Shown: positions 13,668 to 25,886, counted from the stretch's first letter. The stretch: DNA of 64,000 nt from Eutreptiella sp. 'Long Island Sound 2002' (GCA_964036045.1 OZ038378.1:91016001-91080000), one strand, 5' to 3'. The notes: a model not told the origin generated them from the sequence alone. Numbers and translations are program-made.

Positions 13668-14049
13668 ATGCCTGCCGGTGAAGCCCCCCATCCGCGGCCT
13701 GGGATCCGATGTGGCGTCTGCTGGGAAATACTCGAAGAGAACGACGCCCCACTCCTTGGGCATGACCTCGGCTGCGGCAGCGCCGAGCAGCTGCACTGGT
13801 TCTGCAGCCCGTGCATCGCGCACCTGCATGCCTGCCTACTTAGCCGGCGGCGGCACCCCCTCTGCACTGCTCCGCTGCCACGCGAAACCCAATCCGACGA
13901 CCTCACGCTCCACACACTGCGCAACCTGATTGCCCAGAATGTCTCGGCGCGTGACGCAGAAAACAGCCCCGACGTTGAATGGATGGACGTCCTCAGCAAC
14001 CAGGACCCAGCAGCACCGCCACCTCGCCCCCCCTCGGCGTGCACCAACG
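13668..14049 (+). CDS. RING-finger (C3HC4-type) ORF downstream of LINE ORF2, cut by element B
   Basis: CGVC-x17-C-x6-H-x2-C-x2-C-x13-[H]PLC: ...RCGVCWEILEE...LGCGSAEQLHWFCSPCIAH...RHPLCTAPL. The seventh ligand is H instead of C. ATG at 13668. Confidence 0.75.
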
Positions 14050-15790
14050 CACCTATGATTTTGTGGGGCATTCTGCGGCCAAAACCGCATTTACGCTACC
14101 GCACTGGATCTGAAACAGCCCACTGGATCTGAACCGGCCGTGGTGCCAAAAATGTGTCGTTCAAACATGAATTTTTGCAAAATCCATTGCTGGAATACAT
14201 TTGATTCCTTGGCACAAAATTGTGGATGTGTCAGAACATTACAATGCTGTGGTTGAATCTAAAGATGCCTGCCAAAAGTCGTTTTAATATTGTTGTTCTG
14301 CTGTTTTTGTGCAGCTCAGCTGTAGTGCAGATCGATCCGGACATTTCCGGCTATTGACTGCTAAATTTTGACACAACATTTCTGACTAATGCTTTGCAAT
14401 TGCCTTGTTTTTGCCTTGCTTGCAAACACAACGTTGAACTGGTGAGAACTGTTGAGAACTGAGGTCCCTGGGACTTGATTTGTGTTGCTGGTAAAGGTTT
14501 CGGAACAGTTGACAGTTGACGTGCTGTGCACTTGCTTGTGTTGTGCCTTCTTTGCCCGGTCTTGGCTCTGTGAGTTTACTATTTGCCTGATTTGTTGCAA
14601 AGCCTGTTCTGCAACCCTTGACTCTCCCTGAAAAGCGATCCCCTGTGGTGCAGAAGTACCCATTCCAACGGTCAGGCTTTGTAGCTCATCTTTGGCAAAT
14701 AGTCTCAAACTTGCAGGCACGGGCCCTTTGCACCGCACAATGCTCAAAAGAACTAGGCTTCACAAAGGTTGGCAGGTGTTTGAAATGACAATGAGAACTG
14801 AGGTTTGTGGTTAACTGAGAAGTCAGTTTGAACTGGTCCCACCCTACGATGCTCAAAAGAACTTTGCTTCACAAAGGTTGGCACAGGTTTTTGAACTGAC
14901 TTTGAGAACTGAGCTGTGCAGGTAACTCAGAACTCGGCTTGAACTGGTTGCAGCGTACGAGGCTCCAAAGAACTTCGCTTCACAAAGGTTGCCACAGGCT
15001 TTTGAAATGACGATGAGAACTGAGGTGTGTGGTTAACTGAGAACTCGTTTTGAACTGGTCGCACCGTACGAGGCACTGAGGAACTTCGCGTCACAAAGGT
15101 TGGCCCAGGTTTTCGAAATGACGATGAGAACTAAGTTGTGTGGTTAACTCAGAACTCGGTTTGAACTGGTGGCAGCGTACAAGGCGCTGAAGAACTTCGT
15201 GTCACAAAGGTTGGCCCAGGTTTTTGAAATAAAGTTGAGAATCGAGGTGAGTGGGTAACTGAGAACTCGGTTTGTGGTGCAGTCTTGGTTCCAGCTGTCT
15301 TGAATGGTTGAGAACTGCTGTAAGGAACTGGATGTGTACTGCCGGTGAACGGCATGCTGCTGCTGCTGCTGCTTGCTGCTGCCTGTTTTGTATCACTCCT
15401 GGTTTTCCACTTCCGTGCACAGTATACTTCGAGTTGACTTTGGGCATGGGCCTGATTTCGAGGACCTTCCACCTACGGGCATTCTTCACCCGCTTCGCGT
15501 TGCCCTCCACTTCTGCACCGTGGTGCTCTGCAATGGGCTGCTGCACTCTGGCGCTGGGCAACAGGCTTCACTGAAGGTCCTTTTGGGCCTGCTCTTTGGA
15601 TTTCACTCTGGGTTTCCTGACCTCCGAGGTCGTTCTGGGCATCCTGGTTGGGCTTCACTCTGATTTCCGTGACCTGGGGCTGCTGATTTTGGTGGATTTC
15701 AGTTGACTTCGTCATTCTTGAACTGCAAGTGGAGATCTGTGCTGCTGGTGGTGGATATGCAGCAAGTGTGTTTTGTGTTGCCACACTCCA
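14050..15790. mobile_element. CAC-terminal element B, longer relative of element A; right end unresolved
   Basis: Starts CACCTATGATTTTGTGGGG; about 520 bp are the reverse complement of 12642-13148. Confidence 0.7.
14735..15290. repeat. ~111-bp tandem array, 5 copies, inside element B
   Basis: TCACAAAGGTTG recurs at about 14760, 14870, 14980, 15090 and 15200. Confidence 0.85.
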
Positions 15791-15942
15791 GTATGTAGCA
15801 GTTTATTCATTGTGCACACACCCAAAAATCTGCCCCCCCCCCCCGCTCACTTGAGGTGTTGTGTACAACCCCAAGGATCCCCCCCCCCCGGGGGCTCTGC
15901 ACACTTTTGCCTCTTACCTATCATCAATTTCCTCCCTAGACT

Positions 15943-16450
15943 GACACATGGGCGCTGCTAGACGAGGGGGCAGACCCCACGATCTGGGTCCCAGACTACG
16001 AACATTATGACGACGCTCCACGGGGCAGCCTACCCCCCGTTGGCAATCTGCCAGACAGTTGGGGCCCCATCGGCCCCATGAACCGCGACAACTGGCGCAC
16101 CACCGTCATCACCCTCACCACCCGCCTCCCGTTCACCTTCGGCTGGCTGGTGGGGGACGCAGAGTGGGCCATGGGGGTCGTCCGCAGCGCCCATGGCAAT
16201 GAATGGGGGGATTTCTTCTACTGCAGCGGAAGCCTGGTCGAGGGGTCGCCCGAGAGGCTAATGGCGGTCTATCTAAAGCGAAGGGAGATACCCCTCCCCC
16301 GCGGCCTTGTGTCAGTGGCGCGGGGCGCCCAACAACCGCTCGTCCGCCTGCCACGGCCGGTCATGTACGGCAATGCGGCGGTGGCCAGGATGATTGCCGG
16401 AGGTGCCCGGCACCACAGCTCCTCCACCTCCACCTGGAGAACCGCGACCA
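15943..16450 (+). CDS. Unknown Trp/aromatic-rich ORF segment, possibly the continuation of the RING ORF
   Basis: Open frame DTWALLDEGADPTIWVPDYEHY...NWRTTVITLTTRLPFTFGWLVGDAEWAMGVVRS...; same strand and C/A-rich composition as the LINE. Confidence 0.45.
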
Positions 16451-19000
16451 TGACCACCCTGCCTCGTGCGCCACAGCAGCAATCAGGGCGACAAATGTTC
16501 GCGCTCTGGCACCATCGGGGGCCGGCACACCACAAAACCCAACGGCCTCCGCGTCCTCCAGCCCGTCCACCTCCGCCCCCCACGCAACCGTCGACTCACC
16601 ACACCGACCGCAGGCCACCGACGCCACACCGGCTAGGGGCGCTCTGGCACCATCGGGGGCCGGCACGCCACAAAACCCAACGGCCTCCGCGTCCTCCAGC
16701 CCGTCCACCTCCGCCCCCCACGCAACCGTCCACTCACCACACCGACCGCAGGCCACCGACGCCACACCAGCTAGGGGCGTTCTGGCACCATTGGGGGCCG
16801 GCACGCCACAGAGCCCCCGACAAGAACGTGCATCCAAATGGGCGGCGCAACAACACCAACCGCAGCACCATGCAGCCACAGCGATCCGGGAGCACCGGGC
16901 ATCACCTGCAGGGAGGGGAACCAGCCCCACAAATACTGCGACAGCAGGCACCCGACCCGAGCAACCCCTCAGCACCGTACACCCGCAAACGGGCCCAGGC
17001 CCAGGCTCCACAGTCGACCCAGCTCCACAACCCCAGAGACCACCCAAAGCGTCCACACGCGGCCGCCAGCCAGCAGCCTGCCAACCAGCTGCAACACAGG
17101 CCAACCCGGAGCCCCACCCGCACCACAGCCCACCAGTATGGCCGACAGAGGGCCCCACACACGCGCCGTCCGAAGGCCCTCCCACACAGACATGTACCAC
17201 TACCCCGACCAACGCCGCCAACGCCGGGCCCGAGCGACCCCTCGGCACCATGCGCGCCCACACCCACAAACCCACGGGGAGCCCCAGTCCCCAAGCTCCA
17301 CGGACACCCAGCACGTCGGCCCCGGGGTAGCATCCGCCGGCCCCGGCACAGGCCGAGCCGGCGTCCCAGCAGCTCCACGACCCACCAGCCGGACCGGCAG
17401 TACGGCCAACAAAAACGCCATCTCGCAATAGCCCGGCCCCCAACCCGGACCCGGATCCGGACCCGACGCACGCCACCGTCACGGCTGACGCCCCGCGGGC
17501 AAACGCACCAGGCCGCGAGCTACCGACAGGGGTGCCGCGTCCGGAGGGCGGGACACCGGAAGCCAGGCCTGCCGCGGCGGAGGCAACTGGCGGCACGCGG
17601 GCACTGGCAGGCCACGTGGGAGGCCAGCCCAGGCCAGCACCCGTGCCGGATGGCCAGACCCGAGAGGTGGCACAACTGGCAGACAGCGCAGCCACGCCGC
17701 CCGCACCGCCCGCCCAGCCACAACGGGAGGAGCCCAAGATGAACGCCACGGAGGAAACGGGGGGACCCACCCAGCGGACAGAAGTGCCACTGCCAGCGGC
17801 GGACCTACCCGCCCGGGGACCACCCCGAGCGGAGTTACCTAGCGGGGGCGCGGGCCAGACAGGAACCCAGCGCGCCAGCGCGCCGGCCAATCACCCGCCA
17901 GACATGGCAGCTTGCGGAAGCGACGAGGGACCAGACGCTGGCCAACCTGGTACGGAGCCTCGGGGACCAATGCCGGACGCCGGGCATGCCGCCGGCCTCC
18001 CCCCACCAACCGCCCACGGGGCGCGACCCGCTGGTCACGCGGGCGCCATCCCCTCCACAGCCCCAGCATATTTCGGAGACGCAGGCGCGCTGGGGAACGC
18101 CGCATCCGGGGAGCCACCACGGGGCCCGCCTGGAACCCACGCAAAGTCTGAAGCCCCGGCAACCACACCCGACATGCCAAAGCGCGCAGCCGACAAGGGA
18201 ACCTCGCCCGGCGGGCAGAACCGCGATGAAGACCCCATCGATGCCTTCATGGAGTCCCGCAAGAGTACCCTCGACACGGACCCAACACGGGCTGCCCAGC
18301 GCGGCCATCCTGAGCCAGGAGACAACCATACAGGGGGCAAACCCCTGACGGTGTCCCGCCAGGCACACGTCCAGTGCAATTACGCGGCCCCGGGGACGAA
18401 AACTGAACAGGCCGCCGCCACGGAGAACGGGCCCGAGACCGCAACCGGGGCAGCGGACCAGACCCCGGACGAGCACAGCGCCCCAGGGAGCGGAACGCGT
18501 GTCGCGACGGGCAGCATTACCGCTTCCGAACCTGCCGACCAGCCACCGAGGACAACCCCATCCTGGGGGCGGGGGCATCTGGACTACGCGCGCTCGGAAG
18601 GCGACGCCCGCCACCCCAGCGCCCACGCAGGACAGGCGGCGGCCCAAGACCTGGACCTATGGATCGACAGGATCACCACAGGGGAGGGGCTCGCCCTGGC
18701 GGTCAGCATCTGATGGCTGCTTACTTCACCATCCCGCCACCTCAAGGAGGGAACACGCACGATGGAGGACGTCACATTGGGCCATCGGGCAGAACTGCAC
18801 GCAACCCCGACCACAATGGACCAATCCCGGCCACTGGCACTACGTGGCCACCCGGCTCATGGCGCATATGGGAATCTACAGCGCGGACAAAATGAAAGGG
18901 CTACGCTGGCTCTGGCCCCATCGCGCGGCCCTGCACATCCATACAGCCATGCAAAGGCACACTATCTGGGCCATCCCTGGGTCCCCGGGCTACCAGGGAC
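16450..19000 (+). pseudogene. Long Pro/Ala/Thr-rich disordered ORF with a globular C-terminal remnant
   Basis: ORFs 16203-17330 and 17532-18713 share one frame, separated by a single TAG. They are followed by DLDLWIDRITTGEGLALAV... and, after a frameshift, WHYVATRLMAHMGIYSADKMKGLRWLWP. Confidence 0.55.
16501..16810 (+). repeat. 138-bp (46-codon) tandem repeat x2.3
   Basis: GCG(C/T)TCTGGCACCA starts at 16501, 16639 and 16777. Confidence 0.9.
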
Positions 19001-20024
19001 ACACCTCGGGCCACCGGCGACCACGGTCCCAAGAGGTTCTGCAACCCCCCAGGCAGGCGACACGCCATACCTCCCCAGGACGCCACCAGGGGCCATCACC
19101 CGCGTTGGGTTCCTCCCAAGGCATGTACAGAAGCCCCCTCCGACCATTCGCCCCGCGAAGGGACCGAGGCAGCGCTCACACTCCAGGGGTGCAGGGCGGC
19201 ACACCAGAGCGGCACCAGGAGAAAAGGAACCCTGGCCGCTCCCGGCGCCGCAGCCGCACGCTGCCTCCCGCAGCACGGCGAGTCATCCTCCACGAGGGTA
19301 TGGACAGAAGCCGTGGAGGCCCGAACAAACCCGGTGCCCAACGGACATCATCTGCCACTGATCCCTGACCCCAGTCCAAGATGCCCCGCACCAAGCAGGC
19401 GAACATCTTCACTGTTCACACGCCGGCGGAGCGAGAGCAACAGGCAGCGCTCCACAGAGACCCCCACCAGCCAGCAGACGGTGCGTCCAGCTCATCCGCC
19501 GCCTCCCTCCCAGGGTCGGCGGCCGGCTCGCTGCCTGGGGGCCAACGCACCGTGGACACCCGGCTAAGGAGACGCGCGGCCGACCAACGGCCCGAACACG
19601 GGGTGGGGGGATGAACCCCTCAAGGCCCCCCCCCCGCAAGCAGGGCGCGACGACAGCGGCCCCTGACACGGGCAACGGCGACCCGACCTACTGGGCCCAT
19701 ACGCCACGGGGCTCCCCACTCGGGCTGCAACGCAGCCAAACCGCCGGGATGCGGAGGACACACCGCGACAACGGAAGCATGACGCGGCCGGCCCGGGAGC
19801 GGAAGAAGAAATGACGGAGACCTCCGGCCCTCAGAAATCCGGTGGCTCACCGCCCACCGCCTTGTCCTGTTCCATGCCCGAGCAACGGGAGCCCTCCACG
19901 GGGAATGTGCCTGAGGGACACCTTGGCACCACCCCAGGGCACCCCTTCCCGACTGCAACCACACCGGACCACGACCGGGAGACCATACCCCCTGCACCCC
20001 CCACACCACCGCAACGGACGAACA

Positions 20025-21120
20025 AGGTCCCCCCTGACGACGCGGAACTGAGGGTGCTCTACGAAATCCACGCCAACACACCCTCGAGTGGGCTTTTCGC
20101 AGCCCTTCGGGAACACTTCGGGGACGTCAGCCCAAACAGGCTCTTCGCAGTGGTCCCCCTGCTGCATGCCGCAACCACAGACATCTTTGTGCGGCAGGTC
20201 CAGGCGCTCGTCACCCCCGGGATGCAGATTGCGACCACCTTGCGTGGATCTGGTTGTTCAACGCAAACAACCCGGACCAGGGGGGCGTATGGGTCCCTCA
20301 CCTGGGCTGGGCACACACGCTCATAACACCATCGACGGACCCCAGACCCGCGCCCAGCACCGGGGGCGCCGCGAAAGGGGCCCCCTCACAACCAAGAGCC
20401 AACACCCTCAACATCCCACCGTACAAAGACCTGGTGGACTGGGAAAGCAGGACAGCCCATGATACGGGGCGCAATCTCAGGGACATGGTGGAGCAGTACC
20501 GGCCAGGAGCGGAGACGGCACGCGCAGGGCCCCCACGACAGGAAGATGACCCCAGCACCGTCGCCATGATCGTGTTGTAAAGTGGCCACTACTACCAAGT
20601 GCGGATCCCCCCGCACCCGCAGGAGTGCCACTGGAGACTGGAAGCTGTCGACTCCATGCTCCCGGCGAGCGCAGCCCTGCCAGACGGCCCCACCCCCCTG
20701 CCCCAAAAACCAGCCCCCAGACCCCCTGACGGCCATCGTGTCGAGCGAAGCTGGCACCTGGCACGCAGGCCATGCCCTCTACTGCCTCTGGTGGTGGGCT
20801 CAGCGCCGCTGGTTGCACACCAGGGACCGGACGGCGACGTGGAGGTTCCACCTGGACCGCCGGCAGCAGGTGAAGGCCATCCCCCAACGGGAGCGGACGG
20901 CGGAGACCGCCGCGGCGACCTTTTGCGATCCACCAGATCAGGGCGCTGGCGATGGGCGGGCAACTGCAGCCCAGCATCCGCACTGAGACGGAAGCCCAAG
21001 CAGCACACGCAGCCCTTGTGCACGAGATCATCAGTGCCCTCCGCAGCGCCCTCATGCGGCGTGTGGGAAACTCCCAGTGCCCTGAACCACCGGGAGCCGG
21101 AACCAGGAACACACTGCCAT
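20025..21120 (+). pseudogene. Ulp1/C48-like cysteine protease domain, frameshifted
   Basis: Ordered motifs: LVTPGMQI...VWVPHLGWAHTLI; AMIVL*SGHYYQVRI (His codon 20587); LEAVDSM (Asp 20650); RQQV (20864); then, after a frameshift over the expected Cys, PFAIHQIRALA. This matches the C48 order H-D-Q-CG.F. Confidence 0.55.
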
Positions 21121-23586
21121 GAACACGCGAGGCGGCAACGTTAGTACTACCACGCCCCGCCATACACGGCACACGCGTGCCCTGCCCACCGCGGCCGGTC
21201 GCCAGCAGTGGAAGGGCACCATGCCGACCCAAGGACCCTCCAAGAACAGAAGCGGCGCTGAGGCCGATGGGGGAAGACACACCGCCACGCACACGCGGCG
21301 CGAGCCCCACGCCAGCGGCCCGCTGATGGGCAGACGACACGGCACCCCTGGGACTGCCTCGTCCCACCAGCGGCTAAGGGAGCGGCCATAAACCGCGATG
21401 GCCCCTGGTAAGCCAACTCCACCCGGGGGAGCCCCCTCGCACAACTCAAAGACGCACAACCACGCAACACACCCCGCCGATGCCTGTCAATCGGACGCGC
21501 CGGCGAGAGTGGCATCGGGCCGCCAGACTTATGCAGCGGGCACCCAACAAATGCGGGCCAGCCTTGGTAGCCCTACACCCCGTGCTGTCAAGCAGGAACA
21601 CTAACCCGACCACCCCGCCGAACCCCAACGAATTCCTCACACGTGTCCCGGGCGAGGGCCACGCTCCCCGAGCCACCGCAATCCATCAGCGTCAAGGAAA
21701 GCGACGGGGTCCCCGACACTGACCTGTCCTTCCGCCTGAGCTTCCTCTCCCTCAAGCCGGGCACGAGGTGTACCGGACCAAGGGGGCAGCCGGACACGCA
21801 GGACCCATGGGCCCGCCAATGACCACGGGAATGTTACATCGAGCCCAGCCCGCCGTGTCATGCGGGATCCCCCGGCGTTGGAACACTGAATTGAGAATGT
21901 TACTTCCAAGGGCAGGGGATCAAGGGATGAATATGCCACCAGAGCCGACACCCATACCGTCCGAGAAAAGTGGACTCCAAGGCACCAGGTCAGAGGGCAC
22001 CCACAACGGCACCACTGGGACGGCTCCAGCACATGTAACCTGCGAGAATGTTGTGAGGGACACGCTCCCCGCAGCCCCGAAAGCTATCAGCGTCAAGGAG
22101 CGAGAGAGCGGCCTCAACACTGACCCATATTCCTTCATTTCATCCTGACCCCCTTCCCAGGACCCGGGAATGTGACGCCGAGCACGGCCCTCCGCGCCGT
22201 ACCGGACGCCCCGACACCAGGGCACAAGCCAGGCCACCCTAACCTCCGGCAACCACACGGAAGCACCGACGCACACACCACCGGAGCCGCAAAGCACGGC
22301 ACAACACGGCACATGACGGACATGGCCTGAGCCAAGGCAACTGGCCGGCGGAAACAAGCACTAGCACCGCACCACCGAGCAGAACAGTACCCCGGGGCTC
22401 CCAGGGGGAAAATGGGGGTGCACCGAGGAGGACGAAAGGGGCCTTGCCGGCGACGGGGGTGTACATATGATCGGCACAAGCGAAGGTGAAGGGACAGCCG
22501 AAGGGCACTGCGATGTACTAGATCATGAGTTGTGTGTGTAAGGCTGCCTCCAGGGCGGGACAGGGCGTGTCGTACCGAATTTCAAAACTCTTCTCAGCAG
22601 TCGTACCAATTCTCAATACTTTTCTCCCCCCGAGGACACGCCCTACCATGAGGGGGCGACGCACCGCCAACACGTGCCATGCCCGCCCAACGCAACTAGA
22701 ACAACTGAAACGGACCCTACACGGACACCCCGGCCCAACGCATCCGACACAAGGACGGGCCGGCCATTAGGCGGCGAAGACGACGGCCAACCCAACAAAA
22801 TGCTGGTAACAACACAACAATCTCTCACGCAGACGCGCCGCAACCTGGCGAACCACGACAAAACACGCCAGACAGGAAACAAATAACGTAGGAAACAGCC
22901 TGTAGCAACCAAACGCGGCCGGCCAGGTTCATACGGGCCACCGCATAACCTCGAACGAGCCGACCACCTGCGGCCACGACGACGACGAATCAACACAACG
23001 CGTCAGGCACGCCCTGGTCGCAACACGACCGCCACATCGGTGGGCTGGACAAAACGAACCTCCGAACTAACCGGGAAGACAACCAAGGCAACACCCGGCT
23101 ACACCGGCGGGGGCTGCATGGCAGTCGACCCCGGGACGCACCAGCCGACCATAAGGCGGCTGACACGGCCGGATACCAACCCAACTGCTGCAGAAAAAAC
23201 CACCCGACAGTGAACAGACCGCACGCTAGCCGGCCGACTCCAAACCCGCCAGGAATGTAGGGGTCGGAACAGGAACGGGGTCCGATGGGTCGCGACACCA
23301 TGATGCGCCACGGCCACCTGCGACCATACCCACGAACGCACCACAACGCCGAGATTCTACCATTAAACGACCGACCAACCAACCACAACGACGTACTTCG
23401 AACCCCCGGCCCCCCGGGAGAGCGCAAGCTCGACCGAGTCAGGAGGCGTGAGTGTGCGCCACAGCATGCGAGTCCCGTAGCAAGTGCTTCTTCAGGTGGC
23501 CTCACTCCTACTGAAAACCTACCCAGGTGGGGGTGCCTGCAGCACAGGGCATTTGGCCTCGCTCCGGGCCCCTGGGCCCCAGAATC

Positions 23587-23859
23587 CGCAGGCTGATGAA
23601 GATCTGCGATGGGACCCTCCCCCACGTATTGTCGACCCGAAGGAGAGGAATGTGAGACTTCGGTCGAATATGGGTTACCTCTCTGGACAGAACCCGCAGT
23701 AGGGTGATGCTCGCGGCGACTGCGCCCTTCTTCTATGTGGGGGAGCCGCTTTGTGGGGGCACGTGCAGTAGGGCCGTTCGTGGGTGAGCAAAAGCCCCTT
23801 GGTAAGACTCCCCTGCGGGGCGACTGCAGTCCGGAAATGACCTACCTACCTACCTACCT
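23587..23859 (+). other. Structured putative LINE 3' end followed by (CCTA)n tail
   Basis: Hairpin 23621-23674; two GCAGT-AGGG...GGCG-ACTGC stems (23695-23724 and 23764-23828); CCTACCTACCTACCTACCT at 23841-23859. Confidence 0.6.
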
Positions 23860-23864
23860 CTCTG

Positions 23865-24375
23865 TTCTTTCCCCATCCTCGGCGGTATGCGCATCAAGTG
23901 AAGGTGTTTCTTTTCTATCCGGTACCGTACACTATGGTTCCTGTTCCTTGTAAACCAGTTGTGCCGCTCCATCCGCCTCATGATTCCCTACGCCCGCTCG
24001 ATGGGACTCCTGCTTCACCAGATGTAAGACCAGCGGCACACTCCTCATCCCCATATTGTGTACACCTGCGACGCCAGCCCCGTGTCCAGGGCTTCATGCA
24101 GCGGCTTGATGGCGAGTCTCCTGAGGGATGCCATGTGGACCTCTGCGTCCAGCACCATCCACACTTCTGTCACATCCTCCCCCAGCCTCGCAACCACGTC
24201 CGCCATCGTTTGTACCTCTCCATGGGACGGGACCCGTATACGACCTTGTCAACAATGACTACCATCTCCTGTCCTACTCCCTTGACCCGTACTGCTGCCG
24301 CCCCCGCCTTCGGCGGCTGCCCCTCCAATCCTGGCCCATCCAGAAACACCACCACTCTACCCTTCTTCGGCTCCG
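23865..24375 (-). pseudogene. RNase H domain of LINE family 2
   Basis: VVVFLDG...(HGE)...WMVLDAEV...LHLVKQESHRAGVGNHEADGAA, with one frameshift. Confidence 0.85.
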
Positions 24376-25282
24376 GTATGCGTACTTAGTGATGTGAATG
24401 AGACTTTTTTTGCCGAAATGAAATGAGCGATTTTTTTTCTCGTTTTAATGATCGATTTTTTTTCGTTTCATATGAAATGAGCAATTTTTGTTTCTCGTTT
24501 CATTTGTTTCGATATGTCTTGACTTAGTTGATGTGACCAAAGAACAACGAGGCATTGTTGATGTTATCTCAAAACAACAATGCGTGCAAGTTCTACAATG
24601 AATGGTACTCGTTGAATACACATTTTGGCCAATACGGCCATACGAAGTTAGAGTTCTCTTTTGTGTCTTTGTATTTTGAAAAAACGGGGTCGGTCGGTCG
24701 GTGTGACCCCAACCCAAAAGACTTTGCTGTGGCATGTGCACTGCCTTACCTTTGCAACTACATTGCATCCTTTGGTGATTAAACACTTTTCTGGCCATGT
24801 TCGGACGGTCCATCTGCTGCCCACATTGCATCTCTTACGATGAACCATACTTTGACCCACACTTTGCAATGCACTCTGCTATTCAATGTGCACCTCTTTT
24901 TTGCATGACACAAAGACACATTGAACTACCTTCCCGAAATCCAAAAGCTTCAGACCGGGTTGATGTGGAGGCCACCTACCTATAGCCACCAGCACACCTC
25001 AGTGGGTCTAAAAACCTGTTAAGTGCTCATGGCAAACAACCTGAAGTGCTCATGGCACAGAAAGAAGACAGTATAAAAATACTAAAACAAAACCTCTGTT
25101 TTTTCAAAACAAACGCAAGTGAACAAAAGAAAAGACACTCTGCACACAAGCAGGCAGGTGCACAGCAAAGAAAATTTAAAACAATGAGCAGTTCACACTC
25201 AGTGCAAAGTGCAGAGCACGGCTTACCTAGCCACTGCTTGAAAGTGAACAAATTTGTATGCACATGGAAAAATAAAGCAAAG

Positions 25283-25369
25283 GCACTGTGCTGTGCTGTG
25301 CTGTGCTGTGCTGTGCTGTGCTGTGCTGTGCTGTGCTATGCTGTGCTGTGCGGTGCTGTGCTGTGCTGT
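25283..25369. repeat. (CTGTG)n microsatellite
   Basis: Read directly. Confidence 0.95.
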
Positions 25370-25886
25370 CCCATGCTGTGCCATAAATGCATGCTTGCTG
25401 CCATGCTGGCATGCTGCTTGGTGCCATAAATGTGCACGTAAGTGCTCTGCATCTAGCGATAGCAAAGTAGCGCCAAAGGCCGCCACAAGGTGGTATACTT
25501 GATAACCAGACAGGCCTGGCCCTGACATGTATCACTGGGCATCTCAGCCCACAAACAAAAGGAAGGGAAGCCCATTCCTCAGCGCCACAAGAGAAGGCGC
25601 GTACGGCACTTATAACAACCAAACGTGGCTTCGTTGGAAGACTCAGTTTGCACATGCATCAAATCTAAATTCCTGTCCCGGTTGGCCTGCGGCTGGGACA
25701 TGTTCTCCAAGAGCGCAAGGAGGGTCTTGGCAGCTTGCTGTTGGCGCACTCATCTGCCGCCACGCTTGCCACGCTGTCGCGTGGGCCCAGGGGTGGATTT
25801 GCATGAGCTGGGTGTCTCAACCCAAGCCACAGCGCCATCAGCGGCGGCGCATTGTGAGTAGGCGTGCATATTCACTTGCGTGCGGG

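Noticed and set aside
16361-17890. 509-aa minus-strand ORF and many other long overlapping ORFs in the GC-rich 10-23 kb and 31-36 kb regions
   Set aside because: Shadow ORFs from GC-rich, strand-skewed TE sequence; no motifs.
23590-23680. Hammerhead (CTGATGA) or HDV-like ribozyme (CGAAT)
   Set aside because: No GAAA core after stem II, and the CGAAT is paired within a simple hairpin. I could not build the pseudoknot.
8850-23875. TSD around the proposed giant LINE
   Set aside because: The flanks at 8868 and 23860 do not match, so the single-element model lacks TSD support.
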